Shown one piece after another: positions 10,066 through 20,108 of a DNA stretch of 64,000 nucleotides. The stretch is taken from positions 34,274-98,273 of the forward strand of contig JAXMBN010000022.1 in assembly GCA_046349875.1 (NCBI GenBank). The letters run 5' to 3'. The position numbers were made by a program, and so were the translations under genes. Origin of the DNA: Pirellulales bacterium. Its GTDB lineage: Bacteria; Planctomycetota; Planctomycetia; Pirellulales; Pirellulaceae. The notes below the pieces were generated by a model. It ran no database searches. It was not told the DNA's origin and was given only the letters and a program-made list of their open reading frames with translations. Position 1 is the stretch's first letter, and each line of letters starts with the position of its first letter.

Positions 10066-10986
10066 ATGGCAAAAGCGAAAGCTAAAACTAGTTCCTCCGC
10101 CGAATCAACCACGGCGTGGATCGATGGCCCTCAATCGTATCAGCTTGGTATTCAACAAGGAAAAGTTGTTTGCAAAAACCCCAAAGGCAAGGAGCTTGCT
10201 TCGTTGCCGGCTGCTATCAAGGACGATCCTGTCACGGATCAACTCCAGGCACTTGTGACATGGTTGGAAGATCATCGCATGGAATGTCTCCATACGGTCG
10301 AGCGGTGGATGTTGCGATCGCTGATCATACCACGTCAAACATTGGTGGAAGTTTGGCCGGATCCCGATTGGCGAGCTTCGCTGGAGAACATGGTGATTGC
10401 TCCATCGGGTGCAGATGGAAATGTGGAACGCGATCACTATGGATTGCTCAAAGATGCCGATGCAAACAAAGGCTTAGGAATTATCGATCTCGACGGCGAA
10501 TCGAAGTGGCTTCAATCACCATGCGTTGCCTTTCTTCATCCCATTTTGATTGGCGAATTGGAGGAACTACGAGATCTTGCGAATGACTTAGGAATCGTCC
10601 AACCAGTCGAGCAACTCTACCGTCCCGTCTTTCGTCCCATGCCGACCCAAATCGAACTCACTTCCATTCGCGACTATGAAGATGGCGAATTCGATCAGCT
10701 CAATTTTGCGCTGGGTCATTGCAAGAGACTTGGATATCCCGTGCGGGGCGGCTATGCCATTTGCAAAGTATGGGAGGGAGTTGCTCCCCTTGAAGCTCGC
10801 TACTATGTGGGAAGCGAATCACCTGAAAGCCCGACGATTACTGGCGATCTTATCTTTGTCGACCAAAAGCAACAGTCCGTTCCGATCCGGAACGTCGGCC
10901 CCGTAACCTTTAGTGAAGGTGTTCGTATGGCATCTTCCATCTACGCCAAACGCAAAGTCGAAAAGGCGGAAGGAGAACCATCATGA
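10066..10986 (+). CDS. Hypothetical protein (about 306 aa), first gene of a plus-strand block divergent from the SWIM gene.
   Basis: The ORF is open from a GTG at 10033. The ATG at 10066 (MAKAKAKTSSS) is the likely start. Protein-like composition, no recognised motif. Its stop overlaps the next start (ATGA at 10983). Confidence 0.5.
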   Translation: MAKAKAKTSSSAESTTAWIDGPQSYQLGIQQGKVVCKNPKGKELASLPAAIKDDPVTDQLQALVTWLEDHRMECLHTVERWMLRSLIIPRQTLVEVWPDPDWRASLENMVIAPSGADGNVERDHYGLLKDADANKGLGIIDLDGESKWLQSPCVAFLHPILIGELEELRDLANDLGIVQPVEQLYRPVFRPMPTQIELTSIRDYEDGEFDQLNFALGHCKRLGYPVRGGYAICKVWEGVAPLEARYYVGSESPESPTITGDLIFVDQKQQSVPIRNVGPVTFSEGVRMASSIYAKRKVEKAEGEPS

Positions 10987-11375
10987 GTCGAGAATGGGCC
11001 CAATCGCAACTCGAAGCCGGCGGAATGGTCAATGTTCAAACCTTGATCGATGACAAATCGACCGAGACGATCATTGCACGATCCTACAGCGCTCCAGTGC
11101 TCGGCGACCGCGTGATCATTCGATTGACTTCGGAGCGACTAATGCCAGCCGAAGATCTATCGATGGAGTTTTTAGGATTGGAGGGCAAAGGGATCAGTAG
11201 GCCAATTGCCAAACAACATCGAACGGCACTGGAGTTTGGCCATTGGGCACTCATCCACCAACCCAAGTACGCCAAGTATGCACTTGATCTTGTGAAACGC
11301 ATGAAGGGTGCAGCGACGAAAAGCGGTTTCCAAAGCTGGTCATGCTTGGGATCTCTATGTAGCCATGGCCGATGA
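10983..11375 (+). CDS. Hypothetical protein (130 aa). It may be the N-terminal part of the following gene, joined through a frameshift.
   Basis: The ATGA stop/start overlap with the upstream gene suggests translational coupling. The last ~15 aa (QSWSCLGSLCSHGR) look like out-of-frame junk, while the overlapping frame of ORF 11308 looks protein-like. Confidence 0.4.
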   Translation: MSREWAQSQLEAGGMVNVQTLIDDKSTETIIARSYSAPVLGDRVIIRLTSERLMPAEDLSMEFLGLEGKGISRPIAKQHRTALEFGHWALIHQPKYAKYALDLVKRMKGAATKSGFQSWSCLGSLCSHGR

Positions 11376-12897
11376 GCTCAATCAGTCGGTCAGACACTTT
11401 CTTCCGGCTTTTTGGGAGCAAGCGGCACGAGCCTATAAAGAGATTGGCAACACGACCTATGCGGGTCGTGCTCTATCCAAAGCTCTGGAAGCGGAACGGG
11501 TACATTCTTTGGAAGTGGATCGCGAACACAGACGCGATGCTATTCTCGAATTCACTCTGAGTGGTTGCTTATCTGGTAAAGCTCTGACGGAATACGCCAA
11601 AGATCTCGAAAAACAGTTTCCTCCCTTAGAGGCTTACGAAACTTATAAAGATCTGATCATTCGTCGAACGATGGGAGGAATGGCGCCGACCGTGACGACA
11701 GCAACTGACCTCACTCGCATGATCAAGGCAGCCAAGCTCGAAGTCAATGCAGAGATCGAAGCGGTCCTTGAATCGATCATTACTTCTCCTGCCATGGTAA
11801 GAGCTCCACTGCAATTTTGGCGTTCCGTGAAGAAGCAGGTTGCCAACCTCGTCCAGCGAAAACCTTCCTTTGCGGTATGGTTGCTCTGTCATACGAATGC
11901 GGCCTCGTCCTACCGTGCTGACAGCCCCGTATGGGAATGGATCGATTTGCTCGAAGAATGGAATGTCCTTCCATACCTTTCGATGCCCGCCTCGCAATTT
12001 CCATCGGGTGTCGAGATACCTGGCGGAAGATCGGGATGGTTCTCGAGGGTGGCTTCGGTCGAAACATCTCCCAACAAACGGATTTTTGACCTCTTAGAGC
12101 AGATGGCGGATGTGATTCGAGATGAAAAGCAGCCGATTCAACTTCATACTGGCCACTACGCTCGGATGGATGTCGACCTTGTCGACCGACTCTTGGCTCT
12201 GAACATTGCCATTGCCGAACCGCCTAAGAACTATGAGCTCAATTTTGATGGATGGTTTCGTGAAGAAGTCGATCATCCTCATCGCAATTCGCAGCTCATC
12301 AACGTATGTTCGACGGAACCCTATCGCACGAAGTTATTGGAACAGTTTCCGACGCTGGTCAAATTTCAAGGCGATCGAACCAAGCAGCCATGGGGAAGGA
12401 CACTCGCACCGCGTCGAGCCTTTGAAGAAGCCGCCGTTGGTCATGATCGCGTGAAACAGTTTTGGTGGGAATTTCTCGACAAACAACTAACAAGCCTTGA
12501 AAAAGGTGGTCTTGCCGATTTTGAAATAGCTCAAGAACATCTCGATGGTTGTTGTCGTGCGAAGACCGCCGAGCAATTTCCTGCGTTGGTTGACCGATTG
12601 AAAAAAATGGACATCGCAGCGTGTCTTCATCGAACGTTGGTAGCAGGGATTCTGGATGAGTATGGTTGGGACGAACTCGATCGCGTAACGGACGATCATC
12701 CAATGCCGCAAGTTCAACGGTATGGGGACCGCAAGATCTTTTTGGCGTTCCCACATCTCTGCTGGCACGAAAAAGACACGCTTTATTGGGTTTCGCCGAC
12801 AGCCTCTTCGCGTTCCGAGCTTCTCATGAAGTCGGGCCAGACTCTTCAATTTGTCGTCCGCGTTGGCTCTCAATTTGCCATTTCTTTACCACGATAG
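11308..12897 (+). CDS. Hypothetical protein (529 aa).
   Basis: Long clean ORF. An alternative ATG lies at 11365 (MADELNQ). Overlaps the 10983 ORF by 68 nt in another frame. No recognised domain. Confidence 0.5.
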   Translation: MQRRKAVSKAGHAWDLYVAMADELNQSVRHFLPAFWEQAARAYKEIGNTTYAGRALSKALEAERVHSLEVDREHRRDAILEFTLSGCLSGKALTEYAKDLEKQFPPLEAYETYKDLIIRRTMGGMAPTVTTATDLTRMIKAAKLEVNAEIEAVLESIITSPAMVRAPLQFWRSVKKQVANLVQRKPSFAVWLLCHTNAASSYRADSPVWEWIDLLEEWNVLPYLSMPASQFPSGVEIPGGRSGWFSRVASVETSPNKRIFDLLEQMADVIRDEKQPIQLHTGHYARMDVDLVDRLLALNIAIAEPPKNYELNFDGWFREEVDHPHRNSQLINVCSTEPYRTKLLEQFPTLVKFQGDRTKQPWGRTLAPRRAFEEAAVGHDRVKQFWWEFLDKQLTSLEKGGLADFEIAQEHLDGCCRAKTAEQFPALVDRLKKMDIAACLHRTLVAGILDEYGWDELDRVTDDHPMPQVQRYGDRKIFLAFPHLCWHEKDTLYWVSPTASSRSELLMKSGQTLQFVVRVGSQFAISLPR

Positions 12898-14923
12898 CAC
12901 CGATGGTTGGAAGTCCTATCTCAAATGGTCATCGGATCCCAACACTTCCACGTACAACCGGGTTGGTATCTTTTCCGATCGCTGGCACTCAACGGTCGAA
13001 GTGGGAAGTGATGGAATCTTTTCAGGCGAACGTACTTTTCGCGAAGGCGATACGGTTGTTCCTCAAACTCAGCCTCACTGGTACCACGATGGTCAACGAT
13101 TTTGGCTGCTTCATGGAGGGCAGCATCGGAATTATCGAGATGCAGGAGAGCGAACGTACGTTACCGAGGTCGATCCGAATTCGGGAAAGACCATTCGAGA
13201 AAGCGTGCCTCCTTTCTTTGAAGAATCGCTGCCACCTGGTTCGCGAATGGAATTTCCCTTTTCCTATTTGAGAACGAAACCCAATCAACCAGGAAATTCA
13301 CCACTGGGAGAGAAGGATGGACTGATCGGGCTTCGCTGTTTTCATCGGCGGGATGGGGCCGTTGAATCCCAAGGGATCGATGGAAGAACGTGGTTATTTT
13401 CCCAGGAAGAACAACCATCTCAATATCCATTAGCCGCGCTCGCCATCATCAATAAGCCAGGCTCGAACGCTTATTGGATCGCGGCCTCAAACAACGTACT
13501 TATTGATTCGGAATCCCGGATCGGTATTGGCTTTTTTGCCGAGCGTTCCAAGTACTTTGCAGGATGGCCAAGCGAATTGCCGATGCCCTATTTCTTCCAT
13601 TTGATGCGAGTACGATGCGAGAAGACCTCTCAAGCACTGCGAACTCTTTCACGCAATGATTCGGACAAACTCTGCAAAGCAGGCGAGACCGAACGGGAAG
13701 CACGGCGTAAAAAACCAGATCCCAACATTCCTGATCCGCAACGCGAAGAAACAACTCGAGTCGCAACCTCATTGTTTCCCCAAGCTCCTCCGCGACTCAT
13801 CCGCGGCCTGACAAGTATCGTGAAGATTGCCGCAGATGAGAAAGCTGCAATCCAGAATCTGCTCAAGCGACTCGAGCCACGCGAAACCAGTTCTTCGATT
13901 CCGATCTATAAAGACGAGCTTGCCAAACCCGGCTTCAACGAGCTGGTTATGGATCCGCCCGAACGACTCTCAACCTATTATTACAACGAAGAAACCCTGA
14001 GCGAACACATCCAACTGGTTGCGCAGTATTTTTCAGGGAAGGATCCAGAAGCATTCGTCAAGTGTCAACGCTATTGGTTTGTGCTGCTCGAGAATTTGCC
14101 AGGCGTCGCTTGGAAGACGTTTTGGAAACAGATCGTTCGCGACGATCGTCCGAGTGATCTCAAAGCTCTCAAGGACCAGCCTTGGGCCCATGCATTGGGA
14201 CTCCTTGCTCATTCTGGGTTGCTCGATCTACCTGGAAATCTGTGCCTGTTCCGCTGCAGCGACGAAGCATCGGCCAAGTTACCGCAAGATTTTCGTCAAA
14301 AACTGGACGAGTATCACAACGTCTTTTTTGCCGAAGGAAAGAGTCGCTACATCGCTTATCGATTCTATTCTCATATTGGTGAGAGAATTTACCTTTTGGG
14401 ACACAATCCCAAAGGGGAGTGCAAAGTTCCCAAGCCCTTCGTCGTCGATTCGACGATCCCTATCGATCTCGTATGGAAGCGAAGCCATCTTCTCGCGTTC
14501 ATCCACGCGTTATTAAACTGGACTCTCTTCCATTGCCTTCGCGCGAACAGCTGGACGCTGCCGCTCATCGATTGGGGCTACACCCCATCAGCGTCGGGAT
14601 GTTATGGATGGGGAAAATGTCGAACCAATCCCTACGGGCAGAGAAACTCTCCAAAGAAGTGCGCGGAGAACATTATGAGATGGAAGGTCAAAGACATACA
14701 GATTGCCGTTGCTGAATTGAAGGCACTCACGGTACCAAGTAGTCTTTCCACTCACTGCATTAAGGATCCAGGCTACCTTCTTCGCAAAGTAGGCCTAGTT
14801 TTGAATCCATGGTTCAATGTCTTGAAGAAGGCACGCCGAGCACTCGCCTTTTCCTCCCGAACTCAGCCAGAATTGCAGCGAGCCTTTCCCAGGTTATGGA
14901 CTGCCAGCCAAGGAATTCCATGA
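12851..14923 (+). CDS. Hypothetical protein (690 aa).
   Basis: Long ORF overlapping the previous ORF by 47 nt in a different frame (possible frameshift or true overlap). Trp/Tyr-rich soluble protein, no recognised domain. Confidence 0.5.
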   Translation: MSSALALNLPFLYHDSTDGWKSYLKWSSDPNTSTYNRVGIFSDRWHSTVEVGSDGIFSGERTFREGDTVVPQTQPHWYHDGQRFWLLHGGQHRNYRDAGERTYVTEVDPNSGKTIRESVPPFFEESLPPGSRMEFPFSYLRTKPNQPGNSPLGEKDGLIGLRCFHRRDGAVESQGIDGRTWLFSQEEQPSQYPLAALAIINKPGSNAYWIAASNNVLIDSESRIGIGFFAERSKYFAGWPSELPMPYFFHLMRVRCEKTSQALRTLSRNDSDKLCKAGETEREARRKKPDPNIPDPQREETTRVATSLFPQAPPRLIRGLTSIVKIAADEKAAIQNLLKRLEPRETSSSIPIYKDELAKPGFNELVMDPPERLSTYYYNEETLSEHIQLVAQYFSGKDPEAFVKCQRYWFVLLENLPGVAWKTFWKQIVRDDRPSDLKALKDQPWAHALGLLAHSGLLDLPGNLCLFRCSDEASAKLPQDFRQKLDEYHNVFFAEGKSRYIAYRFYSHIGERIYLLGHNPKGECKVPKPFVVDSTIPIDLVWKRSHLLAFIHALLNWTLFHCLRANSWTLPLIDWGYTPSASGCYGWGKCRTNPYGQRNSPKKCAENIMRWKVKDIQIAVAELKALTVPSSLSTHCIKDPGYLLRKVGLVLNPWFNVLKKARRALAFSSRTQPELQRAFPRLWTASQGIP

Positions 14924-16024
14924 ACGATCGTAGCGCCCCATGAAGCCGGCTTCACGAAAGCGAGAAAAATTGAATTTAAGATTCCAACTAAAGCCAATTC
15001 TGCTAATACTCTTCGGAAGTTGGAAATCACACCTAAGCACGATTTGCTTCATGCGTTCGATAAAGTGGCCGACCTTCTTGTGCATTGATCAATTACCACT
15101 TGCCGGTAGGACATTCCGTTCGCAAAAAGCTCCCCGATGCATTGGGGCGATTCGAGCTTTTGTCGACAACTCCCGAAACACTCCTCCCAGTGGGACACAG
15201 CTATCTATCGTACGATGCTCAAAAGCCAATGTCGATGCGATCATCATGGCGACGGCTTCAACGATGGGTAAATATGAAGATAGTAGCGGTATCTATCGCT
15301 GCGATTCGGAACAGTTTCTTGTTGCAACCGTTCCTCCTCAGGTCCAATGCTTCTTCCGGACCTCGAAGTTGCGGTCGGTCAAAGACCTCCAACGTTGCAA
15401 GGTTCACTTCAGCCTTTAATGGATACTCCATCCTATTTGAGCTTGAGCTGATGAATGTCGACTTTGCCGTTCAAATGCGATCGGAAGCGATGACGCGTCT
15501 CGTTGAATGCAGTGAAACCTCAGGTGCAGAAGCCATTGGGAACAAAACCCCTTGCTTTCCGTTCCAAACTTGGTTGAAGAATGCGCACAGGCCTTTACAG
15601 TTGGATACGATGTCAAAAGCTGGCAACATCTTCAGATTCTCGCCTTACCCGATCCCACGATTGCCAATGGGCAGTGGAATGAATGGAACACGAACCAAAT
15701 CAATCGTATGAGTGCACCCTTATTGAACGTGCGGCTGGTTGAAGCGAAGCGAAACGGGCGGGAAGATCTATTCTTACCAGGTGGTTGGGAACCATTGAAA
15801 GCTCCAACCTGCCCATTCGAAATGTCCTGGAAGCTACCGCTGTTCGGATGAAAATGCGATCGACTTCGTGGAGGAATGGCCGAATCCCTGATTGTATTGG
15901 GTTCCGGCCACGTCGAAGTTCGAGAACGCATGGAACCGATCGTCTGGAAAACCAGCTTATGCGGAAGCCCCATCAAAGCGAGCAAGTCTAAAAAAGTAAC
16001 TATGGCCAAAAAATCATCAAAACG

Positions 16025-16892
16025 ATGACCTCCTCTTTGGCGTCGGACCATCCAGCCAGCCAACCCATGCAGTTACCACCGGCAGATGTTCGGTATCAAA
16101 AGGAGCTTGTTGCCCTTCGCGAAATCGATACCAACGACAAGCCTGATGGATGGCTTCTCTCGCCTCAAGCAGTTGTTGATTTCATTTGTGGCACCTGCGG
16201 GATAAAAGATTGGTGCCAATCGGTCCGAGAAGCGATGGTAATTACCGAGAAATTCGTTGGTTCGCGAGACTTGATTCAACGGTGTGTGGTGACGCTAGCC
16301 GGAGAACGCGGACTGCTGCTAGTCGGCGAACCTGGAACAGCAAAGTCGATGCTTGAGCTGCTGGCTGTTGCCATCAGTGGAACGAGTGGGCTGGCCATTC
16401 AAGGAACCGCTGGAACGACGGAGGATCAAGTTGATTACGGTTGATTATGCAGTACTTCTTGATCGGACGGCCCTACACCGGAGGCATTGTGGTCCCTTCG
16501 CCGTTTATCAAGCCATGCGATCAGGATGCATTGTTCGCTTTGAAGAAGTCACGCGTTGCTTGCCAGAAGTGCAAGATGGCGATTTCGATCTTGACGAAAG
16601 ACGTATGATGGTACCGGAACTCGAAGGGAAGCATCGAGCCTTTTCGCCATTCCTGGATTCAATGTCCCGCCACGGCAAACTTACGGGACCGAGGATTTTC
16701 CGAGATGTCAGCTGCTTTGAAAAAGGCGTTTCAGTGCGAAACCATTGCACCGATCCAAGATATGAAACGCGAGGGTCAAACTCGTATGCAACGTGCGACA
16801 ACCTTACTGACGAGGTGAGCACGATCCCCATCGATCGATACGGCATTGGTGAATATCTTAGTGGAGATCTTTCGCGACTTAAGGAATGGTAG
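16025..16892 (+). pseudogene. MoxR-like AAA+ ATPase (AAA_5 / YehL-like), interrupted by a +1 frameshift at about 16440.
   Basis: Walker A LLLVGEPGTAKS sits in ORF 16025..16444 (frame 2). The Walker B / sensor region IVRFEEVTRCLPEVQ...VPELEG continues in ORF 16353..16892 (frame 0). The junction coincides with a 10-bp tandem near-duplicate gttgattacg/gttgattatg (16430-16449). Confidence 0.7.
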
Positions 16893-16932
16893 GACGAATG
16901 AAGGATGGCAAGTGCAACAGCCTAGCACGGTG

Positions 16933-19900
16933 ATGAGTACTGCCGAAGCCGTGGCCGTAACGGCCGCCATTCTTCGCGAAGGAGCGTTTTCCCATCTGGA
17001 TTTGATCCGCTGTCGCGGCTGCCGGTCACTTGCTGAATTGGTCATGAAGGACGATGCCAAAGATCGCGAACGTTATTGCATTACTGGGATGATTTGTTCA
17101 CGACGCCGAAGCGAATCAGGTCATCCTGTGGAAACGGCTCAGTGAACTCGGAGCCAGGTCGAGGATGAGCGATAGTCGTGGATTTTCAAAACAGATCGAT
17201 CTGCTCGCTCAATGTCGACTGCCTTACTTGATCGGCGTGCGCGTCACCATTCTGCGGCGATCGCAAGAGCATTGCCAACGTTGCTTTCCTCGATGCAACC
17301 CGAGAGCCTCTTGCTGGAGATGCCGAGGATTTCCTTGACTGGATTCCACATCTGGCCGACGAGGATACGGTGGCGCTGTCGCGATGTTGCGGATCCGCAT
17401 AACCCAATCTGGCCTTCTATCCATTGGCCGATTTTTTCTCCCGAATTAACAGCCATTCGCTGGGCCCATCGCCATCAAATTCCAGTCCGCTTCCTTTCGA
17501 TCTTTCATGAGCGCTTGGGATTCTCGACTCAAAAGTCGATGCTCTTCAAAACGCGTTATCGACGTGGCAACAACAGCAAAAAGGCGATCGAACCATTGAG
17601 TGATGCTTCGTCTCCTAATGCATTGATGGCACTGCTTGCACGCACGCACTCGGAAGATACGGGACAGTTGTGGGAGCGATTGATCGAAACACCCGGAATC
17701 ATGGAAGATCCGAATCGATTCGGCGAGCTGCCTTACTCTTTGGGTGGGCGATTCGCCAAAGCACTGCGACCGTTTCGATTCAGAGATCGTTGCGGGAAGC
17801 ATGCGTCAGGCAATTCGCGAAGCCATGCATCCGTGCGTTGCCATCATCGGGTCATTCCATGCGAGCAGTCTGTTGCCAAGCGTTGTTGAATCATCGTGCG
17901 ACCATGACCGCTTCCTTCTCGACCTCATTGCCGAAGATATCGAAGGTTGAGTGTCTCCCTCAGATTGGACTCAGTTTTGAGCAATTGGATGAGCGTAATG
18001 GATACCCTGCAGGAATTCGCGATCCCGATAACGATCGAATGATCAGCCAAACCGCGGCGGAAATCGATTTGGCTGCGACGCAAATCATCGTCGATGTTGC
18101 AGAACGGTATGTAGGGACATGTCGCAGGCACGCCTGATGCCTGCAGGTCTATTGCATGATGCGCGATCTCGCTAACTGCCGGACTCCCGATTGCGGGACG
18201 TGGCGAGTTGATTGAATCGATCCGAGGGCTTGGTACAAGGTACGCTTTATGGCCACTTGCACGAGAAGTCGCGAAGTCTGTTGAAGCCATCTTGATCGGT
18301 AACCGTAAAGAAGGGTTACGGCGAAGGCACCGCGCTGTGGACTCTCTTATCGATAGAGGACCTATTCAAGTTTCTCAAACTTCCCATAGATGAAGTCAAA
18401 AATCAAACTCGATGTCCTGCGCGATGGACGAGATCACTTGCTGAGCAGTTGTCTTGCGTCAACTATGTGACCAACATCCCTTATGTCGACACATCGACCG
18501 ATCGGCAAGGCAACCGCGAAAACCTTATCGAAAATTGGGCTGGATTTCGTCCAGGGCACAAGTGCTTCCATTGAAGCTGTATCGCGATTTGGGGTCGCGT
18601 TGCCCAAGTCGTCGAAGGAATCCTTCAATTGCAGTCGCCTTCTCAGGATTCGGATGAATGGACCCCGACGTTCTTGTTGGATCGTTGCGATCGCATCGGA
18701 GTGTGGCCTTCATGGGCTAACTCAAAAATGGATCGAGCTATTCACTGGTCCCTTTCTACGGGCCGCGGGACTACACGAGCTTGTTGAAGCGGCTACGCGT
18801 ATTGGACGCATTGCTGCAGGCCATGTCCCAGGACTTCCACCAAGCTGGACAAGAAGAGTACCCTCGATTCTTACCTATTTTCCGTGTACGAATTGGGTCG
18901 ATCGCCTTGTGATTCTGCTTCGCACTCAGCAGTCGCCTTTCTGGATTGGCGGGATCACGGGAACCATCGGATGTCGTTGGCCTTTGTGAATTGGGGCATT
19001 GGTTACGAGGCAGTGTGCGCCAGCACATCGTTGTCAGCAAATGAAGAATCGATGCGAGTTTTGTTCAGGCCTCCTCAACTCATTCACTGGTGCCCAAATC
19101 AAACGCAACGCCGAGGTAGCGATCGAATGCGAGGCGCGCAGGCGCTTTCATTGTATATACATGCTTGAGGAACAAACACGCGAGGATCTTGCGAGCTTGC
19201 TGCATGGCTGGATCGATGATGCCTCAGACCAAAGTCGCGATCCCAACTACGCTATTCCTTGCAGGCATGGTGCAAGTTCTATTGCGATGATGCAATCCGT
19301 GCCCGAGTGGCTTCAAGGTCTCGGCACTTGCCTGCAATCAATGGATGATCAATCGTTCTTGAAGGCGACTTCCTGCTCACGAGGCGCGTTCACGAATGTT
19401 CTCCCGCTGATCGCCAGCCGCATTCTCGACGCTCGAACAGATCGACGATCCAGGATTGGAGATGTCTTTAGGTAACTATTCCGATGAGCATGATCAAGAC
19501 GCGACCGTGATGTTGACGTGCGACAAGCCGACTTGAGCAAGTTGCAGTGGCTGCCATTTCCCGGAATGCTTCTTCCTTGCGATAGTGCACTTCCTTCGAG
19601 CCCCACTGAAGCCTCCTCTTCAACCTTCTCGATAAACAGTCTAAGGCCATCTGAAATTTCAATTGCCGATCGCTGGCGTATGATCATGGGAACGCCACCG
19701 CAACAGGATTCGCGAGGCCACCATGCAGCACGGAGTCTCGATCACTTATATGGCGAAGGAAAGGGAGAGGGTGCGAGATCAGGCTTGTCGAACGAAGGGA
19801 CGAGAGGAGGGAAGGGGGGCGGAAGAGAACAACCAGTGCCAACCGCGGCCGAATGGGCCGATGACGAAGCACTGTTCGGCTCGGATGTGCCAAGAAGTCC

Positions 19901-20100
19901 TTGGTGCTTCGGCGACCTCTGGCAATCTCAACGCCGGTCAACGCGTTGGACCCGGACACGATGATGCCGAGTATCGATCCTCCTCCAACAAGTCTTGTCG
20001 TTGGCTGGAGGATCATCCGAACGAAGAACGCAACGCCTTCGCGCAATCGCCAAGAAGGATAACAGAGCAACTCGCACAAGCTCGCCGTGCGATTGAGGCC
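16933..20100 (+). pseudogene. About 3 kb of protein-like fragments in all three plus frames. Probable remains of a large DUF5682-like (YehM-like, TraB/GumN-like) gene.
   Basis: Fragments in alternating frames that read like real protein: MSTAEAVAVTAAILREGAFSHL; AIEPLSDASSPNALMALLARTHSEDTGQLWERLIETPGIMEDPNRFGELPYSLGG; FDSEIVAGSMRQAIREAMHPCVAIIGSFHASSL; LSFEQLDERNGYPAGIRDPDNDRMISQTAAEIDLAATQIIVDVAERYVG. No ORF exceeds 225 aa. Minus-strand ORFs here are low-complexity. Confidence 0.4.
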
Positions 20101-20108
20101 GCACGTGA

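Noticed and set aside
12666-13271. A 201-aa ORF in a third frame spanning the 11308/12851 gene junction.
   Set aside because: Low-complexity Arg/Ser-rich translation. It overlaps two better ORFs.
16353-16444. Treating ORF 16353..16892 as an independent gene overlapping the ATPase N-terminal ORF.
   Set aside because: Its N-terminal 30 codons are the out-of-frame 3' end of the first ORF. The two are halves of one MoxR-like ATPase.
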